DNA from: an uncultured Solirubrobacterales bacterium
GTDB taxonomy: Bacteria; Actinomycetota; Thermoleophilia; Solirubrobacterales; 70-9
Direction of reading: 5' to 3'
NCBI GenBank assembly: GCA_963743845.1
Contig: CAVURI010000002.1
Coordinates: 55,781 to 119,780 of the forward strand
Length of the DNA: 64,000 nucleotides
Both the position numbers and the translations under genes were made by a program. The notes beneath the pieces are model-generated. The model made no database searches and was not told the origin of the DNA. It saw nothing but the letters and a program-made list of their open reading frames with translations. Positions 54,480 to 64,000 of the stretch are shown here, piece by piece. How positions within the stretch are numbered: the stretch's first letter is position 1; every line of letters starts with the position of its first letter.

Positions 54480-55496
54480 TCAGTCAGGCGCGGCCTGCAG
54501 CCACTCGCGCGCGGTCATGTGGCGGCGGGTGTGCTCGCCGGTCTCGAGCTCGCGGAGGATCTCGGAGAGCTCGCCGGAGCGGTCGGCGACGACGTTGTGG
54601 CGGTGGATCGTCTCGAGGTTCTCCTGGCGGGCGAGGACGAAGCCGCCGTCGGCCAGCCACGGGTAGGCCTCGGCGACCTGGCGGACCATCTCGCGGACGC
54701 AGTCCTCGACGAAGCGCGGGTTGGCGTGGGCCTTCTCGACGACGGCCTGCTCGTCGGTGCGCTTCATCAGCTCGTAGATCTCCGACGACATCGAGCTCTC
54801 GACGATCCGCAGCAGGTCGCGGGCGTCGATCTCGCTCTCGACGCCCTCGGGGCGGCCGATGTGGAGGGTGCCGATGCCGCGCTGGTTGTGGGTCGCGACG
54901 GGGACCGCGTCGATGATCTCGTCGACCTGCTCGGCGGAGTAGCCGAGCCCGGCGAGGCGCTTGCGGGCGGACTCGGCGACCATCCCCTGCGCGCAGGGGC
55001 AGGCGGTCATGCCCTGGGCCTCGACGCCGGTCAGGGTCCGGGTGCCGTGCTCGGAGGCGACCGCGGTGCCGTAGAGCGTGTAGATCTCCTGCGTCGAGTT
55101 GTCGGTGACCGGCGTCGGCACCGTCTCGGGGTAGCGCGCGGTGAGCGCGACCTCGGCGCGGAGGCCGCCCTGGCGGTCGCGGACGCGCTCGGCGATCTCG
55201 GCCGCCAGCCGCTCCGCCTTCAGCGTCTGCGAGAGGACGACCTCGTCGATCGCCTCGTTGACGATCTCCTCGAAGCGCGACATGTGGGCGCCGGCCTGCT
55301 GCGGGTTGAGGTCGACGAAGCAGTTGAGCTGGGCGAAGAAGAGCTGGCCGCCGGAGCCGTCGCCGTTGGCGGCGACGCGGATCACCTTCTCGACGCCGGT
55401 GACGCCGACGCGGGTGAGGCTGATCTCGACCTGCGGCCGGCCCGCCTGGACGTCGGGGGCGTCGGGCGAGAGCAGTAGTCCATCCGGACGGTTCAT
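54480..55496 (-). CDS. folE2: GTP cyclohydrolase FolE2/MptA family (type IB), intact
   Basis: Internal ATG 55496 of ORF 54480..55964. Motifs: ISLTRVGVTGVEKVIRV, AGAHMSRFEE, MTACPCAQGM, THNQRGIGTL and NLETIHRHNVVA. Confidence 0.8.
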   Translation of the reverse strand: MNRPDGLLLSPDAPDVQAGRPQVEISLTRVGVTGVEKVIRVAANGDGSGGQLFFAQLNCFVDLNPQQAGAHMSRFEEIVNEAIDEVVLSQTLKAERLAAEIAERVRDRQGGLRAEVALTARYPETVPTPVTDNSTQEIYTLYGTAVASEHGTRTLTGVEAQGMTACPCAQGMVAESARKRLAGLGYSAEQVDEIIDAVPVATHNQRGIGTLHIGRPEGVESEIDARDLLRIVESSMSSEIYELMKRTDEQAVVEKAHANPRFVEDCVREMVRQVAEAYPWLADGGFVLARQENLETIHRHNVVADRSGELSEILRELETGEHTRRHMTAREWLQAAPD

Positions 55497-55621
55497 GCGA
55501 TGTCGAAGGCTATCGGGGTGGACCCCTCGGCACCGGGGCGCGCGCATCTTCGGGCGGGAACCCTTGACATACTCGTGACGGAAAGCAGGAGCAGCACCGG
55601 AAGTCGGGCCGGAGCTACGTA

Positions 55622-56781
<1,160 letters not shown>

Positions 56782-56809
56782 CGCCCGGCGGCCGCCGGCC
56801 CGAGCTCGC

Positions 56810-57279
56810 CTAGGCCTCGCCGCTGTAGTAGTCGACGTTCGACTCGCGGTGGACCATCACCCGGTAGCCGTCGTGCCCGGTCCAGATCCCGACCTTGTCG
56901 CTGTCGGGGTAGACGGTCGCCGCCGGGCGTCTGCACGTCTGAATACATGAGCACCCGCGCCTCCTCGTCGGAGTCGTTGAGGACCTGGTGCGCGCCCTTC
57001 GGGCGAGGGCGGGAAGAAGCAGAGGTCGCCGACCCCGAGCTCGGTCTCGCCCTCCGGCTCGCGCACCGTCGGCCGGCCCGAGAGCACCAGCAGCCACTCC
57101 TCCTCGCCCGCCTCCCAGTGGTACGGGCAGAGCTTCTTGCCCGGCGGGATCAGGTAGACGGTGCTGCCCGTCGCCTTCGCGCCGAGCCCCGGCCCGATCC
57201 GCGCCATCCCGCACGCGTACTCGTCGGGGTCGGTGTCGTCGTACTCGAACTCGAGCGCGTTGAGGTTGATTTTCGGCAT
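56810..57279 (-). CDS. cupin-domain protein, two frame breaks
   Basis: MPKINLNALEFEYDD..., CPYHWEAGEEEWLLVLSGRPTV (cupin motif 1 context), GAHQVLNDSDEEARVLMYS and VYPDSDKVGIWTGHDGYRVMVHRESNVDYYSGEA*. Confidence 0.55.
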
Positions 57280-57331
57280 CTCTCCCTGCCTTCGTTGGAC
57301 TGAGCCGGGACGATAGAGGCGGGAGCGCGAG

Positions 57332-57413
57332 TGGAGGAGGAAGGATTCGAACCTTCGAAGGCTGAGCCGGACGATTTACAGTCGCCATCCGTTGACCGCT
57401 TGGATACTCCTCC
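57332..57413 (-). tRNA. tRNA-Tyr (anticodon GUA), long variable arm
   Basis: The reverse complement reads GGAGGAG-TA-TCCA-AGCGGTCAAC-GGAT-G-GGCGA-CTGTAAA-TCGTC-CGGCTCAGCCTTC-GAAGG-TTCGAAT-CCTTC-CTCCTCC-A. It aligns arm by arm with E. coli tyrT. Confidence 0.9.
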
Positions 57414-57501
57414 GCGGCGCGCGGATTCTAGTGCGCGAGGTCCGTGACCGTAGACGATGTTCCCGGCGCCCCGCGGCTCCCGCTAACCTGCTCCGCTCGG
57501 C

Positions 57502-57554
<53 letters not shown>

Positions 57555-57573
<19 letters not shown>

Positions 57574-58379
57574 CTCTCCTGCTCCCCGCCCAACCGTTTT
57601 CCGAGCACGGCCCCGACCACGGCCGCGGAGACGGTCAGGACCGACTGCGCGAAGAGCCAGCTGAGGAATGCGAAGGCGAACCCGACGAGGCCGTAGCTCT
57701 CGGCGGCCGCGCTGGCGACGCCGGGCACGTACAGGGGCGCGACCGCCGTCACGGCGCCGATCGCGAAGGCACTGATCAAAGCGGTCGGCAGCACCATCAA
57801 CGGCGCCACGCGGCGCCCGAGCAGGATGTACGGGGTCCAGGCGAAGAAGGCGATCGCAGCGGCCGTTCGCAGCAGATCCTGGAGCGCCAACCCGAGCCAC
57901 ACGTCGCTGTCGGCGGGCGCCGCGAACGTGGCACCCACGTAGAGGATGAAGCCGGCCGTCCAGATCGCCCGCTGGCGCATGTCGGCGACGAAGCCGTCAC
58001 CGCTCTCCACTCCCCACGCGACCCGGTACATGCGCTGCAGGACCCCGCCGCAGCTGGCGACCGAGTAGACGACGAGCAGCAGCGACGCGACGGTGAGGCC
58101 GGCCCGGACCGCGTCCGGCGCCGCGAACAGCTCCTCGGCCGCGGCACGGCCCGCTCCCTCGAGGCTGAGGCCCGTCACGAGCCGGTCGGCGAATGTCTGT
58201 CCGGCCGGCGCCAGCGCTGTGATCAGCAGGGCGAGCGGGATCACGGCGACGAACAGCCGCGAGGCGAGTGCCAGGGCAGAGTCGATCACCCGCACCCGGA
58301 GCGCGAGCTCGATCAACTCGCGGACGATCGGCTGCCGCCGGACAGCGGCCGCCCGCTCGGCGACGTTGCCCGGCGTCAC
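57555..58379 (-). CDS. YihY/BrkB-family membrane protein, apparently intact
   Basis: ORF 57555..58481. GTG 58379 lies 10 nt after the upstream gene's stop. It is multi-TM (..SRLFVAVIPLALLITALAP.., ..LTVASLLLVVYSVASCGG.., ..AIAFFAWTPYILLG.., ..FAFAFLSWLFAQSVLTVSAAVVGAVL). The 3' end overlaps tRNA-Thr(GGU) by 19 nt on the opposite strand. Confidence 0.6.
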
Positions 58380-58389
58380 ATCAGGCCCA

Positions 58390-59046
58390 TCAGCCGCTCG
58401 AGGCGCGGGGCCCGCGGCTGCGGCGCGCGAGCACGAGCGGCGCCACGATGAAGGCGAGCGCCGTGACCATGTACAGAGCAACCGCCACGTGCGGGCAGGA
58501 CGAGCGCCAGCAGCACGGCGATGCCCTGGGCTCCGATCAGCGCCCGGCGCTCACGCAGGATCTCCTCCAGCTCGTGATCGGCGACCTCGTCGGCGACGAG
58601 CTCGGGCCGCCCGGCGGCGTAGCGGATCATCGCGTTCAGAGTCAGCGACGCGACGAACAGGTCGAGGCCGTAGAGCGCGACCGCGACGTCCTCTCCGCTC
58701 GTGCCCGAGGTGGGTCGTCATCAGCGAGGTCGTGAACGGCAGCAGCGAGACGAAGAACAGGACCAGCAGGTTGAGCCGGAACAGGATCGCGTCGCCGCGG
58801 GCGATCAGGCGGGTGGCATTGCGAGTGCGCGATCCAGACGCCGCCGACGAAGACGAAGCTGATCAGGTAGCCGGCGTAGGTGCGCCACTCCTCGCCGAGC
58901 AGGTGCAGCAGGTCGCCGCCGCCGGAGACATCGGGTACCTCGAGCTCGAGGACGAGGATCGTGATCACGATCGCGAGGACGCCGTCGGCGAACGCCTCGA
59001 GCCGGCCCTTCGGGAGGACGTTCAGATTGCGGGAGCCTGCACTCAT
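58390..59046 (-). CDS. TMEM175/DUF1211-family putative K+ channel, about 2 frame breaks
   Basis: ATG 59046 opens MSAGSRNLNVLPKGRLEAFADGVLAIVITILVLEL (the RLEAFSDGVxAIxITLLVLE-type signature). Then ..YLISFVFVGGVWIAHS, (shift) RLNLLVLFFVSLLPF..., and (shift) ..LYMVTALAFIVAPLVLARR...*. Confidence 0.65.
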
Positions 59047-59816
59047 GGAACCGATCCTCGCGATTGCCCGTGGGCGTTCGGGTCGCGCTCGGTAGCGGAA
59101 CGGTTGCGGTCGCCCGACCCGGGCTCCCCATCGATCCGGTAGCCGAAGCCGCGCACGTTCTCGATCTGCTCGCCGACTGCCCCGAGCTTCCGGCGCAGTC
59201 GCAGGACGGCGAACTTGACCCGGTCGGGGTTGACGCCTCGCGGGTCGTCCCAGACGAGCTCCAGCAGCTGCTCGCTCGAGAGCACCTGACCGCGGTGCTG
59301 CTCGAGGGCGAGCAGCAACCGCCATTCGAGCGGGGACATCGTCACCCGGTCACCGTCGACGCTGACCCGCCGGGTGCGCAGGTCCATCGTGATCCCGTTC
59401 GCCTCGTCCTCGAGCACGTCGTCCTCGTCGCGGCCGTCCGCTGTGCCGGCCCGGCGGAACAGCGCCTGCACCCTGGCGATCAGCTCCGCGTTGCCGAACG
59501 GCTTCGTCAGGTAGTCGTCGGCGCCGCCCTGCAGGCCCCGGACCTTGTCGGTCTCGAGATTCCGGGCGGTCAGCAGCAGCACGGGCACGTCGCTGAGGTC
59601 GCGGATCCGCTCCAGCACCTGCCAGCCGTCGAGGTCGGGCAGGCCGATGTCGAGGACGACGACGTCGGGACGGTGCTCGTGCAGCGCCCGCAGGCCCGAG
59701 CGCCCGTCCGCTCGCAGCATCGGGGCGAAACGCGCGCGTGCAAGCGTCAGCTCGAGCGCGCCGCGGAGATCGTCGTCGTCTTCGATCACGAGCACGGTGG
59801 CCTTGCCGGGGCTCAT
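59043..59816 (-). CDS. OmpR-family response regulator, intact
   Basis: ATG 59816 opens MSPGKATVLVIEDDDDLRG. Motifs: VVVLDIGLPDLDG, LLLTARN, ADDYLTKPF, the winged helix MSPLEWRLLLALEQHRGQVLS, and VRGFGYRI. Its TGA stop overlaps the ATG of the TMEM175 gene (ATGA). Confidence 0.9.
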   Translation of the reverse strand: MSPGKATVLVIEDDDDLRGALELTLARARFAPMLRADGRSGLRALHEHRPDVVVLDIGLPDLDGWQVLERIRDLSDVPVLLLTARNLETDKVRGLQGGADDYLTKPFGNAELIARVQALFRRAGTADGRDEDDVLEDEANGITMDLRTRRVSVDGDRVTMSPLEWRLLLALEQHRGQVLSSEQLLELVWDDPRGVNPDRVKFAVLRLRRKLGAVGEQIENVRGFGYRIDGEPGSGDRNRSATERDPNAHGQSRGSVP

Positions 59817-61396
59817 CGATCCGTGCTCCCGGGCTCCGCCGGCGCCGGCGCCAGCCGCGGGACGAACAGGCGCGCGACCGCGCCGCCGCCGGGCGCGTTC
59901 TCGAGCGTCACCGAGGCGCCGAGCAGCGTCGCGAGCTCGGCGCTGATCGCGAGGCCGAGGCCGGCGCTCGTCATCGACGAGTGCTGCGGCCGGCGGCCGC
60001 TGAAGAACGGCTCGAACGCGCGCTCGAGCTCCTTCGCCGAGAGCCCCTCGCCGTCGTCGCGCACCTCGATCGTCCATTCCCCGTCGCCGAAGCGGGCGCT
60101 GCACTCGACCCGCCGGTCCGCGTACTTGCGGGCGTTCGTGAGCAGGTTCGTGACGATCTGCAGAAGGCGGGCCCGGTCGCTTCTGACCGTCGGGCCGGGA
60201 CCCGCATCGAAGACGATCTCGACCCCGTCCGGCTCGCTCTGCTGAAGCTCGTCGATCGCCTCGCCGACCAGCGCCGGCACGTCGACGGTCTCACGCTCGA
60301 CCTGCATCGAGCCCGCCTGCAGCTGCGCCAGGAAGAGCAGCTCGTCGACGAGGCGGCTGAGGCGACGCACCCCGCGCTCGGCCGCCGTCGCGATCCGGCG
60401 CTGCTCGTCCGTCAGCGGATCGGCGCCGAGATCGAGCAACAGCCCGAGGTAGCTGCTGACGGCGCTGAGGGGAGTCCGGAGCTCGTGCGAGGCGGTCGCG
60501 ACCAGCGCCACGCGCAGGTCGTCGAGCTCGCGGAGCTTCTCGTTCTGCTCCTCGGCGCCGAGGCGAGCCTCGCGCTCGAGGCGCAGCACCTCCTCGCGCC
60601 GACGCTGCAGCTGCTGCTGGGCGGTGACGTCGCGATAGACCCACATGCGGCTCGTCTCGCGGTCGCCGACGTGGATCGGCACGAAGGTCTGCTCGAGGGT
60701 GCGGCCGTCCGCGGTCTCGACGAGCCGGCGGCGAACCGGTTCGCCGCTGTCGATCGCGCGCTGCCCGCTCTCCAGCCACTCCTCCGGATCCGCGATCGAC
60801 TGCGCGAAGGCCGCCCGCAGGTCCGCGGCGCGCTTGCCGACCACCTCCTCGTGGGAGCCGACGGTCGGGAACAGCTCGGCGACTCTCGGGTTCGCGTAGG
60901 TGACGATGTCGCCGCTGACCACGATCACGGCTTCCTCGAGGGTGTCGATCAGGGCAGCGAGCCGGCGGCGGGCGGCGTCGATCTCCTCCTCGCGCTCGAC
61001 CTCGCTGGTGATGTCCCAGGCGTGGACGAGGATGCTGCCGACGTCGGGGTCGTCGAGCAGGTTCACGGAGAGGATCGAGAGCCACCTGTACTCGCCGCTC
61101 GCGTCCCGGACCCGGATCCGCTTCGGGCCGGGGTCGCCGGACCTGACGCGCTCGGCGTCGAGCCGCGCCTCCGGCAGGTCCTCCGGGTGGACGAGCGAGA
61201 AGTTCTCCTCCGCCGTCAGCTCCTGAGCCGGGCTGTGGCCGAGCTCGGGTCTCAGGCTCGCCGAAGACCAGCGCGAGTTCATCTGCTCGTCGTAGACGTG
61301 GACGAGCAACGGCCCGGTGGCCAGCACCGCCTCATACAGACGGACCCGTTCGGCGAGCCGGCGGGCGTTCATCGAGCTCTCTGCTTCGCGCCCCAT
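59813..61396 (-). CDS. cytoplasmic double-PAS sensor histidine kinase, intact
   Basis: ATG 61396 follows GAAGGAAC. There are two PAS-like modules (LLVHVYDEQMN..; LEEAVIVVSGDIVTYANPRVAELF). H-box TASHELRTPLSAV, N-box NLLTNARKYA, and G-boxes DDGEGL and GLGLAIS. It overlaps the RR start by 4 nt. The ORF-track entry 59813..62011 is extended upstream by read-through. Confidence 0.85.
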   Translation of the reverse strand: MGREAESSMNARRLAERVRLYEAVLATGPLLVHVYDEQMNSRWSSASLRPELGHSPAQELTAEENFSLVHPEDLPEARLDAERVRSGDPGPKRIRVRDASGEYRWLSILSVNLLDDPDVGSILVHAWDITSEVEREEEIDAARRRLAALIDTLEEAVIVVSGDIVTYANPRVAELFPTVGSHEEVVGKRAADLRAAFAQSIADPEEWLESGQRAIDSGEPVRRRLVETADGRTLEQTFVPIHVGDRETSRMWVYRDVTAQQQLQRRREEVLRLEREARLGAEEQNEKLRELDDLRVALVATASHELRTPLSAVSSYLGLLLDLGADPLTDEQRRIATAAERGVRRLSRLVDELLFLAQLQAGSMQVERETVDVPALVGEAIDELQQSEPDGVEIVFDAGPGPTVRSDRARLLQIVTNLLTNARKYADRRVECSARFGDGEWTIEVRDDGEGLSAKELERAFEPFFSGRRPQHSSMTSAGLGLAISAELATLLGASVTLENAPGGGAVARLFVPRLAPAPAEPGSTDR

Positions 61397-61503
61397 AACG
61401 TTCCTTCGCTGGTCGGGAATCCGGCGTCCAGCCCCCTCGACTTCGGTCCCAATCCTAGGTTTCACCCGCGAGGCTGACTCGGTAGTCATCCGCATTCGCG
61501 CGA

Positions 61504-62835
61504 TCAGCCGCTGTCGGCGAGAACGCGCTGCTTCTCCGTCGCGTACTCCTGCTCGGTGAGCGCGCCGCGCTCGCGCAGGCCGGCGAGCTTCTCGAGCCCC
61601 TCGATCCGGCCGGCCGTTGCCGTGGCGCCCGCGGATGCCCGGTGCGGGCCGCCGAACGCGGAGCGCCCTCGCCGGCGAGTCGCCCGGGCCGACCGCCGAG
61701 ACCCGGTCGCGCCAGCGCGAGGAGAAGCGCTCCATCGTCTCCCCGGGGAACTCGCGCCGGGCCTGGCGCCGCAGCGCCTCCGCGCCTGCGACCAGCAGCG
61801 CGATCAGGAACAGCATCGGAACCAGCCGCCGCGTTCCCTCGGTCGGGCCCCACCAGAGCAGCCCGAGCACCAGCGCCACCAGGATCGGGTACATGGTCCG
61901 GCGATCGTCGAGGAACGGCGTCAGCGAGCGCCGCGCCGCGGTCGCGACGGCTCCCGGGCCCGCCAGCCAGGCGCCGACGAGCACTGCCAGCCCGTAGCCG
62001 GCGATCGACACCGCGGTCTCCCGCAGCAGCGAGGTCCCGATCGACCAGGTCGCGGCGGCCGCGGGCTCGACCGCAGCGGTGCTCGGCCAGGGCGCCGACG
62101 ACGTACTCGCCGGCGATGCTGCGCGCGATCAGCACCGTGGCGCCGACCGCGATCAGCGAGAAGCCGACCGAGCGCAGCGCCCGCCGTCGCCATCCGGCCG
62201 CGAGGTAGACGGCGAGCGTGTAGCCGACCAGGGTCAGCACGAGCAGCACGAGCGTCAGGCGCTCGAGCAGGCGGACCGCGTCCTGCGCGGCCTGCAGATC
62301 GCTCGCGTCGAGCACGTCGAGCTGGGCGATCCCCTCCGGGACCTTGTTCGCGATCCCGATGCCGAGCTCGGCCCCGAGCTCGCGCACGATCACGCCGAGG
62401 TCGAGGTAGACGCGGTCACCCTCGCTGCTGAGCGCCGCCTCGTCGCCGTTGACGACGTCGAGCAGCTGCTGGTGCGCGGCCCGGTTCACCTCCTCCCAGA
62501 GTTGCTGGACCCGTGGCTGCTCGAGGACCTTCGGGGCGACGTCGCCGGCAAGCTGGCGCAGCGCCCCCGTCGCGGGGCCCGCCAGCGGCGCGAGCTCGGG
62601 CGGCAGCGCGCCGGCGAGCTCGCCCTGCACGTCGACGTTCTCGAACAGCTGCGCGACGAGGAAGCCCGAGACCGCGGCCTGGACCTCCTCGTTCTCGATC
62701 AGGTCCCCGGAGGTCGAGACCCACTCGCTCGGTCTCCAGCAGCTGGCGGGAGGACCAGATCGCGAAGGCCGCGAGGACGCCGCTGATCGTCGCGAGGACG
62801 ATCAGGGCGGTGACGGTGCCGCGACGGGGCGTCAT
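61504..62835 (-). CDS. multi-TM membrane protein with C-terminal SHOCT domain, at least 4 frame breaks
   Basis: MTPRRGTVTALIVLATISGVLAAFAIWS, ..LTLVLLVLTLVGYTLAVYLAAGW.., ..VSIAGYGLAVLVGAWLAG.. and ..MYPILVALVLGLLWWG..LVPMLFLIALLVAGAEAL. The tail reads RIEGLEKLAGLRERGALTEQEYATEKQRVLADSG* (SHOCT-type). Confidence 0.55.
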
Positions 62836-62844
62836 CGCCGGCGC

Positions 62845-63337
62845 CTACTCGCCCTGAGCGGTCGCCGCGATCGCCTCGCAGATGTTGCGAACCACGTCCT
62901 GGCCCTGGTCGAGCTGGGCCGCCTTCGCCCTGCAGTCGGCGGCGAGCGTCGCGATCGCTTCGTTGGCGTTGCCCTTCGCCTCGGAGATCGACTTCGCGAG
63001 CTCGTTCGTCAGATCGGTGTCGATCTGCTCGCACGCAGCCTTGCCGGCGTTGGCGAGCGTCTCGTTCGGGATCTTCGCCGCGGCGTCGAGGCAGGAGGCG
63101 GTCGCGTCGTCGATCTCGGACTGGATCCGCGACTGCAGCTCACCGGTCGTCGTCGAGCTCGTGGTCGAGCTGGTCGACGCGGCCGACGAGGTCGTCTCGC
63201 CGGAAGTCGCCGCAGCCGGCGACGAGGGCAGTGCCGAGAACCAGAGCCAGTGCGAGCGCGTACCGCGGTCCCCTTGGGGAGCGGTGGACCGGATCTTCGA
63301 GGGGTGCGTGGCGGGCGTCGGGCATGGGCATGGACAT
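62845..63337 (-). CDS. lipoprotein, helical, one frame break near 63195
   Basis: The lipobox is ALALALVLGTALVAGCGD. After a shift it reads SGETTSSAASTSSTTSSTTTGELQSRIQSEIDDATASCLDAAAK...AKAAQLDQGQDVVRNICEAIAATAQGE*. Confidence 0.5.
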
Positions 63338-63468
63338 CTCCTGACGGAAGTCGGATGGACGAGGACCGCGATCCTCGATCGCCCGCGTAGCCCCGGCGTT
63401 CCCGCCCGGTTGCAGTTCGGTTGCAGCGCCCGGTCGAGCCGGCCGCGCGGCCGCGCGCGCGCCCGCTG

Positions 63469-64000
63469 CTACTTCGTCGGAGGCGCCGGGTCCGCCGGGC
63501 CGAGGTAGGCGATCGTGAACGAGTCGCTGCGGGCCGGGGTGGTGCCGCCCGAGTTCTGCAGGACGCGCACGCCGACCTCGTCGCCGGCCTCGAGCTGGAA
63601 CACGCCCGAGGCCGAGAGCACCGAGTTGCCGTCGGTGGCGGCGCGCGACTTCTCGGTCACGGAATCGGATCCGCCGAAGATCGTCACGCTGCGGTCGCCG
63701 GCCGCGGCCGTTCCCGAAGGTTCGGCCACGAGACCTGCGTCGCCACCGCGTAGACGCCGTCGAGCGGCGCCACCAGCGCCTCCGGGTCGGAGTCGAAGTT
63801 GCGTGTGAAGTCGCCCTCGTCGTAGTCGATCGTGTTCCAGCCGAGCACGGTCGCGGGACCTTCGGGGATGCTGACGTAGGTGACGCCGCCGCCGACGTTC
63901 TCGACCTTCGCGGCCGGCAGCGTCGCCAGCTTGCCCGGCTTGATCACGCCCTTGCCGATGTCGGCGCCGAGCACGCCGCCGTTCTGGATCTTCTTCGAGG
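63469..64000 (-). CDS. C1q/TNF-like jelly-roll domain protein, C-terminal part (5' end beyond window), one frame break
   Basis: ..SKKIQNGGVLGADIGKGVIKPGKLATLPAAKVENVGGG..., LDGVYAVATQVSW, (shift) GDRSVTIFGG...SASGVFQLEAGDEVGVRVLQNSGG...SFTIAYLGPADPAPPTK*. The pattern G-Y..v...v.w / L.aGD.V.v.v.q.sG / sF.i..L resembles C1q globular heads. Confidence 0.45.
   Translation of the reverse strand, partial: LEEDPERRRARRRHRQGRDQAGQAGDAAGREGRERRRRRHLRQHPRRSRDRARLEHDRLRRGRLHTQLRLRPGGAGGAARRRLRGGDAGLVAEPSGTAAAGDRSVTIFGGSDSVTEKSRAATDGNSVLSASGVFQLEAGDEVGVRVLQNSGGTTPARSDSFTIAYLGPADPAPPTK

Noticed and set aside
56786-56799. CCGGCGGCCGCCGG palindrome between sigma and cupin genes as a terminator
   Set aside because: A loopless 14-bp palindrome gives only a ~5-bp effective stem, and there is no T-tract. 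This is too weak to call.
59813-62011. 732-aa ORF taken at face value as one kinase
   Set aside because: The first ~205 codons are hydrophobic segments belonging to the frame-broken upstream SHOCT membrane protein, followed by Arg-rich junk. A good RBS and ATG at 61396 start the PAS kinase proper.

Overview
High-GC, actinobacterial-type chromosomal segment. Hand counts of typical 60-nt lines give 47-49 G+C. I can support about 65 protein genes and 3 tRNAs. There is no rRNA, CRISPR array, transposase or integrase.

Housekeeping content:
- nrdR-nrdJ, a class II ribonucleotide reductase carrying a 389-aa LAGLIDADG intein
- topA-tmk-(Ala-rich gene)-holB
- a primary-like sigma-70 factor, pgsA, folE2, an ACT-domain malic enzyme and a SirC-type siroheme enzyme
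- tRNA-Thr(CGU), tRNA-Tyr(GUA) and tRNA-Thr(GGU)
- a LuxR/MalT regulator, a GntR regulator, two HK-RR pairs and one orphan PAS-GAF kinase

Accessory content worth a second look:
1. A 3.5-kb lower-GC islet sits between tRNA-Thr(CGU) and a 37-bp copy of its 3' half. It holds one giant beta-helix/PKD/OmpA-like surface protein with three near-identical 267-bp tandem repeats.
2. A same-strand cluster gadB / AI-2E transporter / two small membrane proteins / ClC channel looks like a GadC-less acid or pH-homeostasis module.
3. Two tandem GlxA-like radical copper oxidase paralogs are bracketed by GT2 glycosyltransferases and a DUF2304 gene.
4. An HK-RR pair is translationally coupled to a TMEM175-type channel and a YihY gene.
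5. A family-5 uracil-DNA glycosylase abuts a pentapeptide-repeat protein.

Major caveat: rebuilding full-length proteins needed about 100 frame switches by my approximate manual tally. These hit essential genes, so most are probably consensus indel errors. They are unevenly distributed, and a few are not homopolymer-type lesions.

The ORF track omits ORFs with no stop inside the window. Two real genes at the left edge were therefore found only by hand translation.
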